Source: an uncultured Clostridia bacterium (GTDB lineage Bacteria > Bacillota > Clostridia > Oscillospirales > CAG-272). From it: 64,000 bases of DNA. Position numbers and translations under genes: made by a program. Location: contig CALWJV010000002.1 in the NCBI GenBank assembly GCA_944381115.1, forward strand, positions 26,800-90,799. Direction: 5' to 3'. Positions within the stretch are counted from its first letter, which is position 1; each line of letters starts with the position of its first letter. Positions 50,322-58,765 of the stretch are shown here, piece after piece. The notes below the pieces were generated by a model. It did no database searches and was not told where the DNA came from. It saw only the letters and a list, made by a program, of their open reading frames with translations.

Positions 50322-51326
50322 TTAATTTTTTAGATTTGTTTTTTCAAGCATTTTTTCTGCTTTTGATATCTGCATCTTGTATTCATTAACAACATTTTCC
50401 GGTGAAATGATTTGGAGTGCACCGTCAAATCCGAAAACCCACGAAAAAAATCTTACACTTATTTCGATCGGAGCGTAAAATTCAAAAAATTCACCGCATT
50501 CTTTAACTGTCAAGGACATTCCGAATCTGTCAAACATTGCTCCGGCAAAACGGTTTTCACATCTGAAGCGAACAATCTCTTCTCTTCCCTTAAACATTTC
50601 GAAAACATTACTGTAATATCTGGCAAGCGATATCTTTTCAAACTCTTCTTTACCTTTTCTCGCTATGTTATTTATTTTTATTTTCTCCATTCTATCAACA
50701 CGGTAATGTCTTATTTCCCCGGAATCATGGTCAAAAGCAATAAGATAGTAATTATCTTCCCTCCACATTAGCGACCAAGGACTTACTATGTAATTTTCTC
50801 CTCCTCTCCTTTCTATTTTCTTTTTGGAAGGGGTAATTTCTGTATATTTAAAAACTATAGAACTATTTTCTGATATTGCCCTGTGTATCATATCTATCAG
50901 GTAAAGCACCTCGCTCTTTTTTTCCTCCCTGTCATAAACATATATACTCCTTGAAAGCTGCGTTTCTTCATACTGACTCAAAAACGATGAAAGTTTTTTT
51001 ATAAGCGATGAAGACTGTTTTTTTGAGATGAACCGGCATGACTGAACTGCATCAACCAGCATTTTAAGTTCTGCAAGTTCAAAATCACGGCTAACAACGC
51101 GAAAACCACCGTTACGACCTTCATCCTGCTTTACATCCAAAACCCCGGCGTCATAAAGCGCAAATATGTCATTATATATACTTTTTCTCTCTGCCGTTAT
51201 ACCGTATCCTTTTAATTTCTCAATTATTTTTTTTGCACTGATACAATGTTCTTCATCAGTATTCCGTAAAAGAATTTCCCTGACATAAAAAGTCCTTAAT
51301 CTTTGATTTTCCTTTTTCATTGACAA
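50322..51326 (-). CDS. WYL-domain transcriptional regulator (HTH-WYL-WCX architecture)
   Basis: 334 aa with an N-terminal wHTH ('ISAKKIIEKLKGYGITAERKSIYNDI'), a central '..YIVSPWSLMWREDNYYLIAFDHDSGEIRHYRVDRM' WYL core and a C-terminal extension. It lies only 32 nt after the murD-like stop. Confidence 0.75.
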   Translation of the reverse strand: MSMKKENQRLRTFYVREILLRNTDEEHCISAKKIIEKLKGYGITAERKSIYNDIFALYDAGVLDVKQDEGRNGGFRVVSRDFELAELKMLVDAVQSCRFISKKQSSSLIKKLSSFLSQYEETQLSRSIYVYDREEKKSEVLYLIDMIHRAISENSSIVFKYTEITPSKKKIERRGGENYIVSPWSLMWREDNYYLIAFDHDSGEIRHYRVDRMEKIKINNIARKGKEEFEKISLARYYSNVFEMFKGREEIVRFRCENRFAGAMFDRFGMSLTVKECGEFFEFYAPIEISVRFFSWVFGFDGALQIISPENVVNEYKMQISKAEKMLEKTNLKN

Positions 51327-51358
51327 TTTTCCTCTTTTTTTACTTATTTAATCGCAAT

Positions 51359-53011
51359 TTATAACATATTTATTATGTTTTTAAAAACATTTCCCCGTTG
51401 TTCAAAATTATCAAATGAGTCAAAACTTGCACATGCCGGAGAAAGCAATACTTTTCCTCCGTAAGAGGTTACTGACACCGCTCTTTTTACTGCTTTTTCA
51501 AAATCTTCTTCATAATATATTTGACATGCATATTCGTTTGAATGCTGCCTTTCAAGCGAAGTTCTTATTATTCCATACGACGCTCCTGTTATCACAATAT
51601 TATCCGCTTTTTTTAACAGTTCACACGCAAATTCATCATAATTCAAACCTTTATCATATCCTCCGCAAATTACCGTAAGAGGTTTTTCAAAGCAACGTAG
51701 TGTAATAATAGAACGTGAAGGCGTTGAATCAATCGAACTGTTGTAATAACTTACACCGCTTACTTCTCTTACAAATTCCATACGGTGTTCAGCACCGGAA
51801 AAAGTTTTTGCAGTACTTATAATATCTTCAAGTGATGCATCGCTTTCTGTTACTCCGATTGCTGTCATGTAGTTTTCTACATTGTGAAAACCGGGAATTT
51901 TTATTATTTTTTTGTCCATTAAAAATTTTCCGTGTAAATATATTCCGCCATCTTTATAATATACCCCGTCGCATTCACCGTCAGAAGAAACCTCCATTAT
52001 ATTTTTCAAAGTATCATTTTGATAATCAGTAAATTCTGTATAATTTTCCGCTAATCCCGAATTTCTGTATATTCCGTTATCAATACAGCCTGATTTTTTT
52101 TCAAAATAACCTCTTTCCTTCAAATATAAAAGCGTCTTTTTATTTATAACTAATTTATTGCATCCTTTACATGAAAAAATCCTGCATTTTGCACAGATAT
52201 ATTCATGCATGCTTCCGTGATAATCAAGATGATTCTCTGTTATATTTGTTATTGCAGATATCTGAGGGGACTGTTTCATCGTCATAAGTTGAAAACTTGA
52301 TAGTTCTGCCACCGTAATATCATTTTTGTTAAGATCTTCAAGAAAAGAAACAAGCGGAGTTCCTATATTTCCTCCGACATAAACTTTTCTTCCGTTTTTT
52401 TTGAATGAACTTTCAAGAATCCTTCCGACAATGTTTGTAGTTGTAGTCTTTCCATCGCTTCCGGTTATTCCGTAAATCTTACCTTTTGCTTTTTGAAAAA
52501 ACAGTTCCGTTTCACTACTTAATACTGCACCGTTTTTTGTATAATACTGTATCTCCTCGGAATACGGACTTATTCCAGGAGTCCTGAACACAAAATCCGC
52601 TTTTATTTTTTGACCGTTTTTTAATATTTCTATATTTTTCAGTATATCTTCATCAAAAGCTATTTTATCTTGCTTTTTTAATAAATCATTATTTTCTTCT
52701 TTCTTATTAAAATAATTTGTGTGTCTTTTTATATTATTTAAAATTTCATTCTCCTTTTGCGTATAACAAATTAACCCTGTTTTATTTTTTTCCTGATTTG
52801 TTTTTTCTGCATTTTTGTTTACCTGACTTTTACAATCTTTCGTGATTTCTTCTTCTGCTTCTTTTAATATTTCGATTTCAGATTTTTTCTTATCGGAAAT
52901 AATAACTTTTGCACCCTGCTTCATAAGCCATTTTGCAAGTGCACGGTTGGATTTTCCGAAACCTTGCAGAAGACACACGCTCCCGGCAAAATTTTCAGGC
53001 AGTTTATTCAA
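51359..53011 (-). CDS. murD: UDP-N-acetylmuramoylalanine--D-glutamate ligase-like Mur ligase, with a long low-complexity insertion
   Basis: 'GITGSDGKTTTT', 'GAEHRMEFV', 'YNSSIDSTPSR' and 'ICGGYDKG'. TTG start with GGAG 7 nt upstream. At 550 aa it is longer than the ~450 aa usual for MurD. Confidence 0.75.
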   Translation of the reverse strand: MNKLPENFAGSVCLLQGFGKSNRALAKWLMKQGAKVIISDKKKSEIEILKEAEEEITKDCKSQVNKNAEKTNQEKNKTGLICYTQKENEILNNIKRHTNYFNKKEENNDLLKKQDKIAFDEDILKNIEILKNGQKIKADFVFRTPGISPYSEEIQYYTKNGAVLSSETELFFQKAKGKIYGITGSDGKTTTTNIVGRILESSFKKNGRKVYVGGNIGTPLVSFLEDLNKNDITVAELSSFQLMTMKQSPQISAITNITENHLDYHGSMHEYICAKCRIFSCKGCNKLVINKKTLLYLKERGYFEKKSGCIDNGIYRNSGLAENYTEFTDYQNDTLKNIMEVSSDGECDGVYYKDGGIYLHGKFLMDKKIIKIPGFHNVENYMTAIGVTESDASLEDIISTAKTFSGAEHRMEFVREVSGVSYYNSSIDSTPSRSIITLRCFEKPLTVICGGYDKGLNYDEFACELLKKADNIVITGASYGIIRTSLERQHSNEYACQIYYEEDFEKAVKRAVSVTSYGGKVLLSPACASFDSFDNFEQRGNVFKNIINML

Positions 53012-53160
53012 ATCAAATCTCCTTTTTTATTAAATTAATCCGTTAAAAGATCAACTGAATGTATATTTAGTTGACTTCAATTTTATGTATCGTACGTTTT
53101 TATTTTTTAATTACATAATGATTTTAATATAATTCTTGATTAGAAATGTATTATATAAAA

Positions 53161-53206
53161 GCAAAAGACCGTACCGTGATTTTTTTCACATCTGTACGGT
53201 CTTTTT
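53161..53206 (-). terminator. terminator of rnpB
   Basis: 10-bp stem aagaccgtac / gtacggtctt, followed on the minus strand by TTTTGC. Confidence 0.6.
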
Positions 53207-53578
53207 GGTGAGAGTTGACTTGTAAGCCGGGTTCTGTGACGGTAAATACCGACCGCAGTTATCTATCTTGACGGTTATGTCACCATACCGTTCTTTGCCA
53301 CCTGCGAAAAAACATCGGGCAAATGCGGATCTCTCCTTTTCGCTTGCGGTGTTGCTTTGGATAGGGTTTACATTTGCAACTTTGTTACCAAAGTGCCGGT
53401 GAGCTCTTACCTCGCCTTTCCATCCTTACCTGCCTACTGACAGGCGGTCTATTTCTGTTGCACTTTCCCGGAGGTTACCCTCGGCTGACGTTATCAGTTA
53501 TCCTGCCCTGCAAAGCCCGGACTTTCCTCATAATAATACCTTTCGGCGTGATATTACGCAACTGCGCCATCTACTCCC
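53207..53578 (-). ncRNA. rnpB: RNase P RNA, bacterial type A
   Basis: The reverse complement contains GAGGAAAGTCCGGGC (rc of 53516-53530), GGGCAGG..TAAC, GTGCAACAGAAA, GGTAAGGATGAAAGG, GGTAAGAGCTCACC, GTAAACCC and ACAGAACCCGGCTTA (rc of 53225-53239). The 5' and 3' ends can pair as P1. It is a GC-rich island. End coordinates are +/- a few nt. Confidence 0.9.
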
Positions 53579-53584
53579 ACACAC

Positions 53585-53613
53585 ATTATATACTGAAAAA
53601 AAAAATTTGTCAA
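53585..53613 (-). promoter_or_regulatory. consensus sigma-A promoter of rnpB
   Basis: Minus strand: perfect TTGACA (53613-53608), 17 nt, TATAAT (53590-53585). The predicted +1 G is near 53578. Confidence 0.7.
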
Positions 53614-53667
53614 TATTTTAATAAAGTTATATTCCAAAAACTGTGCTTTTGTTTCTATTCTTTTTCA

Positions 53668-54312
53668 TCAGACATTTTTGGGAAGTGCTGAAACAAGTTC
53701 TCCCAAATGCTCATCATAGCCTTCTTTTATCAGTGTAAAAATTCCGTTCTCAACATCAATGATCGTCACAGAAGCATTTGATACCCATTTTACATCTTTT
53801 GCCAAGCAAATCGGAAGACCTTTTGCCTTTACACACGCCATTCTTATCGGGGTTGCGTGAGTTGCAATACACACAGTCAGTCCCTCGTATAATTTACTGA
53901 TTCGCAAAAGTTCATTTATTATTCTTTCGTACAGCGCCTTCACGCTTTCACCTCCTGTCGGCACCGCATTACCTATATCTTCTTTCCAGACTTTATAATC
54001 TTCAGCGTACTGCGTTTCTATGTCCGCAACTTTCATCCCATCCCATTTTCCGGCATAGATTTCCCGAAGTTCTGCATCGGCGATTATACTTAAATCTTTC
54101 TTTTTTGCAATATGTTCCGCAGTACTCCATGCCCTTTTCAGGTCGCTTGAATATATTACGTCTATTTTTTTATTTTCAAGATACTGTGCCGTTTTTTCTG
54201 CCTGCATGTGTCCAAGTTCAGTTATATCAAGATCAGTATGTCCCAAAAACTCTCTTCTGAAATTTCCTTCGCTTTGTCCGTGTCTTACAAGTATAAGTCT
54301 GCATTTACTCAT
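53668..54312 (-). CDS. histidine phosphatase (phosphoglycerate mutase) family protein
   Basis: 214 aa with 'LILVRHGQSEGN', the RHG catalytic motif, and 'ATHATPIR'. Confidence 0.8.
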   Translation of the reverse strand: MSKCRLILVRHGQSEGNFRREFLGHTDLDITELGHMQAEKTAQYLENKKIDVIYSSDLKRAWSTAEHIAKKKDLSIIADAELREIYAGKWDGMKVADIETQYAEDYKVWKEDIGNAVPTGGESVKALYERIINELLRISKLYEGLTVCIATHATPIRMACVKAKGLPICLAKDVKWVSNASVTIIDVENGIFTLIKEGYDEHLGELVSALPKNV

Positions 54313-54436
54313 TTTTCTTCTCTTTTCGATATATTTTGCCGTAAATTAAGCCGTAATCGTTATTTATTTCGATTTGCGGCTTGTTTTTATATTTAATTGT
54401 TTTGCCGTTTCAGATTTAAAACAGTATTCCGCTTTT

Positions 54437-55651
54437 TTAAGTTCGGTAATCGCCGTTTATCTTTACATATTCATATGTAAGGTCACATCCATAAGCGGTG
54501 GCTTTTGCGTCTCCGTCTCCAAGACATACTTTTATTTCAATTTCTGGCTCAAGCAAAATTTCTTTTGCTTTATCTTCAGAAAACTCGACTCCTGCCCCGT
54601 TTTTGCATACACGAATCTCTCCCTTTCTGCTTGCAAATGAAACGTCAACTTTGTTTATATCAACATCTGCTCCGCTGTAGCCTATCGCGCAAAGCACCCT
54701 TCCCCAGTTTGCATCTGAACCGAACATTGCTGCCTTAACAAGAGATGAACATATAACACTTTTGGCTATTATCCTTGCGTTTTCAATATCCTTTGCTCCG
54801 CTTACAATACATTCAAGTAATTTTGATGCACCTTCTCCGTCCTTTGCTATTGCTTTACACAGAGCCGTGGTTACTGCATTGAATGCTTTACAAAAAATAT
54901 CAAAATCTCCGTTTTCTGAATTTATCTCCGGATTTTGCGCCATACCGTTTGCCATTACAGAAAGCATATCGTTTGTTGATGTATCTCCGTCGACTGATAT
55001 CATATTGAATGTATCTTTAACATCTGCTTTTACCGCCTTATCTAACATTTCTTTGGTTACAGCACAATCCGTCGTTATAAAAACCAGCATTGTCGCCATA
55101 TTAGGGTGTATCATTCCGGACCCTTTGGCTATACCTCCCATTCGGCAGGTCTTACCACCTACGGTAAATTCTACCGCTACTTCTTTAAGTTCGGTATCCG
55201 TTGTCATTATTGCATTTGCAGCATCAGCGCTGTTGTTTTCACCAAGTGCTTCCGTAAGCTTTTTCATATTTTCTTTTATCGGTGTAATATCAAGAGGCTG
55301 TCCTATGACTCCGGTGGATGCACATATTACGTCACTTGCCTTTATTCCCGTATATTCTTCGACAAGTTCGCACATTTTTTCTGCTATTTCTACGCCATTT
55401 GCATTACATGTATTGGCGTTTCCGCTGTTACATATCACCGCCTGCGCGAATCCGTCTCCGACGTTTTTCTTTGTAACTGTTATAGGCGCTCCCTTTACAA
55501 GATTTTGAGTGTATACACATGCTGCGGCACACTTCTTTTCACTTATTATAAGTGCAAGATCTTTTTTACTCTTGTTTTTACGTATCCCACAGTGTACCCC
55601 CGCTGCTTTGAATCCTTTGGCGGCGCATACGCCTCCGCTTATGTATTTCAT
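54437..55651 (-). CDS. argJ: bifunctional glutamate N-acetyltransferase / amino-acid acetyltransferase
   Basis: 'GGVCAAKGFKAAGVHCGI' and the autoprocessing site 'PNMATMLVFITTD'. The start is set at ATG 55651, because the 30-aa track extension lacks an RBS. Confidence 0.9.
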   Translation of the reverse strand: MKYISGGVCAAKGFKAAGVHCGIRKNKSKKDLALIISEKKCAAACVYTQNLVKGAPITVTKKNVGDGFAQAVICNSGNANTCNANGVEIAEKMCELVEEYTGIKASDVICASTGVIGQPLDITPIKENMKKLTEALGENNSADAANAIMTTDTELKEVAVEFTVGGKTCRMGGIAKGSGMIHPNMATMLVFITTDCAVTKEMLDKAVKADVKDTFNMISVDGDTSTNDMLSVMANGMAQNPEINSENGDFDIFCKAFNAVTTALCKAIAKDGEGASKLLECIVSGAKDIENARIIAKSVICSSLVKAAMFGSDANWGRVLCAIGYSGADVDINKVDVSFASRKGEIRVCKNGAGVEFSEDKAKEILLEPEIEIKVCLGDGDAKATAYGCDLTYEYVKINGDYRT

Positions 55652-55748
55652 ATCGACAACTACCTTTCCTAACTCTACTGTTTTTCCCATAAGCAGTGCG
55701 GTTAACATCTTTATTTTGTAATTCCTGCACTGTCTGTCCATATGTAAT

Positions 55749-56993
55749 TTATTTTTTACTTTTCTTTTCCTTGTTTTTTTCTTTGATCATTGCTTTGACT
55801 TTGATAGGAAGACCAAAAAGATTTATAAATCCTGCACTGTCCTTTTGATCGTAAACATTATCTTCGTCAAATGTTGCAATCTCTTCATCGTAAAGCGAAT
55901 ATGGCGAGACTACGCCGGCATTTATCATGTTTCCTTTGTAAAGGCAAAGTGTAACATCACCTGTTACAGTTTCCTGTGTCTTGTCAACAAAAGCCGAAAT
56001 CGCTTCACGAAGAGGTGTAAACCACTGTCCGAAATATACAAGTTCCGCAAATCTGTTTGCAACTATTTCTTTATAATGCTGTGTATCCCTGTCAAGTGTA
56101 AGAGTCTCAAGAACCTGGTGCGCTCTGTATAATATCGTTCCTCCAGGTGTCTCATATACTCCTCGGGACTTCATTCCCACAAGACGGTTTTCAACAAGAT
56201 CTGCCAATCCTATTCCGTTTTCCCCGCCCAGTTTATTTAGTTTTTCAATAATCTCTACCGATCCGAGTTTTTCACCATTGATCGCTACAGGTATTCCTTT
56301 TTCAAAACTGATCTTTACATATGTCGGTTTATCCGGTGCCTTGAAAGGGGATACACCGAGTTCAAGAAATCCGTCTTTATCATAATCAGGCATATTCCCC
56401 GGGGTTTCAAGATCCAGTCCTTCATGAGAAAGATGCCATAGATTCTTATCTTTTGAGTAGTTGGTCTCACGGCTTATTTTAAGCGGAATGCCATGCGCCT
56501 CTGCATAGTCTATTTCCTCATCTCTGGACTTGATGTTCCATTCACGCCACGGCGCTATTATCTTCATGTCCGGAGCAAACGCCTTTATTGTAAGTTCAAA
56601 ACGTACCTGATCGTTCCCTTTTCCCGTACAGCCATGGCAAATTGCATCTGCACCCTCTGCCTTTGCTATTTCAACAATTCTTTTTGCAATTACAGGACGT
56701 GCAAATGATGTTCCGAGCAAATAGTCTCCTTCATATTTTGCCCCAGCTTTAAGCGTTGGAAATATAAAATCTTCAACAAACTCTTTTTTTAGGTCCTCAA
56801 TGTATAATTTTGACGCTCCGGTCTTTATTGCTTTTTCCTCAAGTCCCTCAAGTTCTGTTCCCTGGCCAACATCTCCTGAAACAGCTATAACTTCGCAGTT
56901 TTCGTAATTTTCCTTTAACCATGGTATTATAATAGAAGTATCAAGTCCACCTGAATATGCTAAAACTACCTTTTTTATTTTTTTATCTGACAT
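55749..56993 (-). CDS. argG: argininosuccinate synthase
   Basis: 414 aa with '[12 protein letters not shown]' and '[15 protein letters not shown]'. Confidence 0.95.
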   Translation of the reverse strand: MSDKKIKKVVLAYSGGLDTSIIIPWLKENYENCEVIAVSGDVGQGTELEGLEEKAIKTGASKLYIEDLKKEFVEDFIFPTLKAGAKYEGDYLLGTSFARPVIAKRIVEIAKAEGADAICHGCTGKGNDQVRFELTIKAFAPDMKIIAPWREWNIKSRDEEIDYAEAHGIPLKISRETNYSKDKNLWHLSHEGLDLETPGNMPDYDKDGFLELGVSPFKAPDKPTYVKISFEKGIPVAINGEKLGSVEIIEKLNKLGGENGIGLADLVENRLVGMKSRGVYETPGGTILYRAHQVLETLTLDRDTQHYKEIVANRFAELVYFGQWFTPLREAISAFVDKTQETVTGDVTLCLYKGNMINAGVVSPYSLYDEEIATFDEDNVYDQKDSAGFINLFGLPIKVKAMIKEKNKEKKSKK

Positions 56994-57034
56994 TTTTTAT
57001 CTCCTTTACATATGCTCTGTAAGTTTATGCACTA

Positions 57035-57063
57035 ATTATACACTATTAAAACATAATTGTCAA
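57035..57063 (-). promoter_or_regulatory. consensus sigma-A promoter of argG-argJ
   Basis: Minus strand: perfect TTGACA (57063-57058), 17 nt, TATAAT (57040-57035). Confidence 0.6.
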
Positions 57064-57303
57064 GTATTTCTTTGCAAAAAAAATAAGTTTTTTCATTATA
57101 TTTTTTTATATATTATATTATCTTATTCTTTTTACTTTTGTTTCTGTATGTTATTTTAAAAGTTTTATATAATTTATGCATATTTTAATGAATATTTATA
57201 AATTTTATTTAATTATTACTTCTTTTTTTAAACATAAAAAGAGCAAAAAAAGTCTTAAAAAAGCGCTTTTTAGATTTTTTTAAGACAAATTACGTAAACC
57301 CTC

Positions 57304-57332
57304 TTGCAATTCGAAAAAAATTGTGATATACT
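57304..57332 (+). promoter_or_regulatory. sigma-A-type promoter of the AraC-family gene
   Basis: TTGCAA, 17 nt, TATACT, with a TGn extended -10 (TGATATACT). Confidence 0.55.
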
Positions 57333-57376
57333 ATTATCGCACGTAAAAACAGTTTTCAGAAATGAGGTTCTATACC

Positions 57377-58603
57377 ATGAGTCATTTTTGCGAGAATCCT
57401 AATGAGCCGCTTCGCATTCAAAAAGTTGAAAATTTCAGAATACCTCCGCATTTGCATACATCGGCGGAACTCTTATACATTGAAAACGGCGAAGCAACTC
57501 TTACGCTCGGTTCCCTTGAATTCAATCTTCATTCCGGAGATTTTGTTTTGATCATGCCGAGCACACTGCACAGCGTAACACCTGTCTCAGGGGATCTCAC
57601 ATTATATGTTATCAATACAAAATGTGAACTTATTTCAGATATTATAAAAAGACTAAGTGGTTTGCGTCCGGCATCTCCGGTATTAAGAAGTATTGATGTT
57701 CCTCAGCACCTTCTCTATGCTTTTTCGGCTGTCGCATCGGAAAGAGACCGTTACATAGCATATAGTTGGATACACCTTATGTTTTCGATCGTTGTTTCCG
57801 GCCTCCGATTTGCCGAAATACACGACGGCGTTACATCAAATCTTTCAAACAGGGTACTTTCCTACCTTGGAATGCATTATCGTGAACAAATCTCGCTTGA
57901 TCAACTCGCAGACGCAATGGGCGTAAGCCGATTCCACCTTTCTCACCTTTTCTCCGGCAAACTTGGTATCGGATTTAAAGAATACCTTAATAATTTAAGG
58001 GTTGAATATGCAAAAGGACTCCTTCGCACAACCGATACACCCATTGCCAATATTTACAAAGTTTCCGGATTTGAAAACCAAAGAACATTTAACCGTGTTT
58101 TTAAAGAAAACACAGGTGCTTCCCCTCGTGATTACCGTTTAGGACGTGAAAATTTCGGACTTCCCGATCTTAAAAAAATGGATGTTAATATCCCTTTACT
58201 TGACAAAAATGTTTCTGATATTTCCGATATTCAAATAACCGATGAGTTTGTTGATGTTCCTCTTGAAATAGAAGAAATTGAACCACAAAATTCAAAAACT
58301 CCTCACAAAGCAAGAGTTAAAAAACCAGTTCAAACAAAATCAGATATTAAATCATCAATTGAAAAAAATACAGATGTGACTGATAAAATCGTTGCTACCG
58401 AAAACAGTATGACAGTTGATTCAAAAATTCCCGATTTGAAAAACACATCTGATAAAGATAAAAATACCATTCCCGATGTAAAAACTGATATGAGTAACTA
58501 CTATTCTGATTTTAAAAATTCAAAAGTTAATAGAGCACTTGATAAAACCCCGGACAAGCATGAAAAGAAAAAACAAAATAACCCCGGACCATGGTTTTTT
58601 TAA
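57377..58603 (+). CDS. AraC family transcriptional regulator with a ~150-aa low-complexity C-terminal tail
   Basis: It has an N-terminal cupin-like sensor and a central HTH_18 ('GFENQRTFNRVFKENTGASPRDYR'). A K/D/T/N-rich tail follows and ends in 'PGPWFF'. I prefer ATG 57377 (GAGG 8 nt upstream) to 57362. Confidence 0.8.
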   Translation: MSHFCENPNEPLRIQKVENFRIPPHLHTSAELLYIENGEATLTLGSLEFNLHSGDFVLIMPSTLHSVTPVSGDLTLYVINTKCELISDIIKRLSGLRPASPVLRSIDVPQHLLYAFSAVASERDRYIAYSWIHLMFSIVVSGLRFAEIHDGVTSNLSNRVLSYLGMHYREQISLDQLADAMGVSRFHLSHLFSGKLGIGFKEYLNNLRVEYAKGLLRTTDTPIANIYKVSGFENQRTFNRVFKENTGASPRDYRLGRENFGLPDLKKMDVNIPLLDKNVSDISDIQITDEFVDVPLEIEEIEPQNSKTPHKARVKKPVQTKSDIKSSIEKNTDVTDKIVATENSMTVDSKIPDLKNTSDKDKNTIPDVKTDMSNYYSDFKNSKVNRALDKTPDKHEKKKQNNPGPWFF

Positions 58604-58624
58604 ACTTATTAACAATAATTACAA

Positions 58625-58654
58625 ACACCCGGAAAAAACCTGGGTGTTTTTTTA
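58625..58654 (+). terminator. terminator after the AraC-family gene
   Basis: acacccgg/aaaaaa/cctgggtgt hairpin followed by TTTTTTT. Confidence 0.55.
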
Positions 58655-58694
58655 TTTTTAATTTTGTATTAGTTTATTTAAAATTTATTTTCTC

Positions 58695-58723
58695 TTGACA
58701 ATTTCTGTATTTTGTAATAAAAT
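58695..58723 (+). promoter_or_regulatory. sigma-A-type promoter of the GH38 gene
   Basis: TTGACA (58695-58700), 17 nt, TAAAAT (58718-58723). Confidence 0.55.
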
Positions 58724-58765
58724 ATTTTTATACCTACATTTAAATATATTACATGGGAGTAATTT

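Noticed and set aside
53374-53691. 105-aa plus-strand ORF in the track (MQLCYQSAGELL...).
   Set aside because: It lies antisense within the RNase P RNA gene, a GC-rich structured RNA with all the conserved type-A blocks. It has no RBS, so it is an artefact of the RNA gene.
57170-57215. ARG-box-like sequences (e.g. AATGAATATTTATAAATT, TATGCATATTTTAATGAA) in the argG upstream region.
   Set aside because: They are imperfect matches to TNTGAATWWWWATTCANW. They lie ~140 bp upstream of the predicted promoter in very AT-rich DNA. Without comparative data this is not distinguishable from background.
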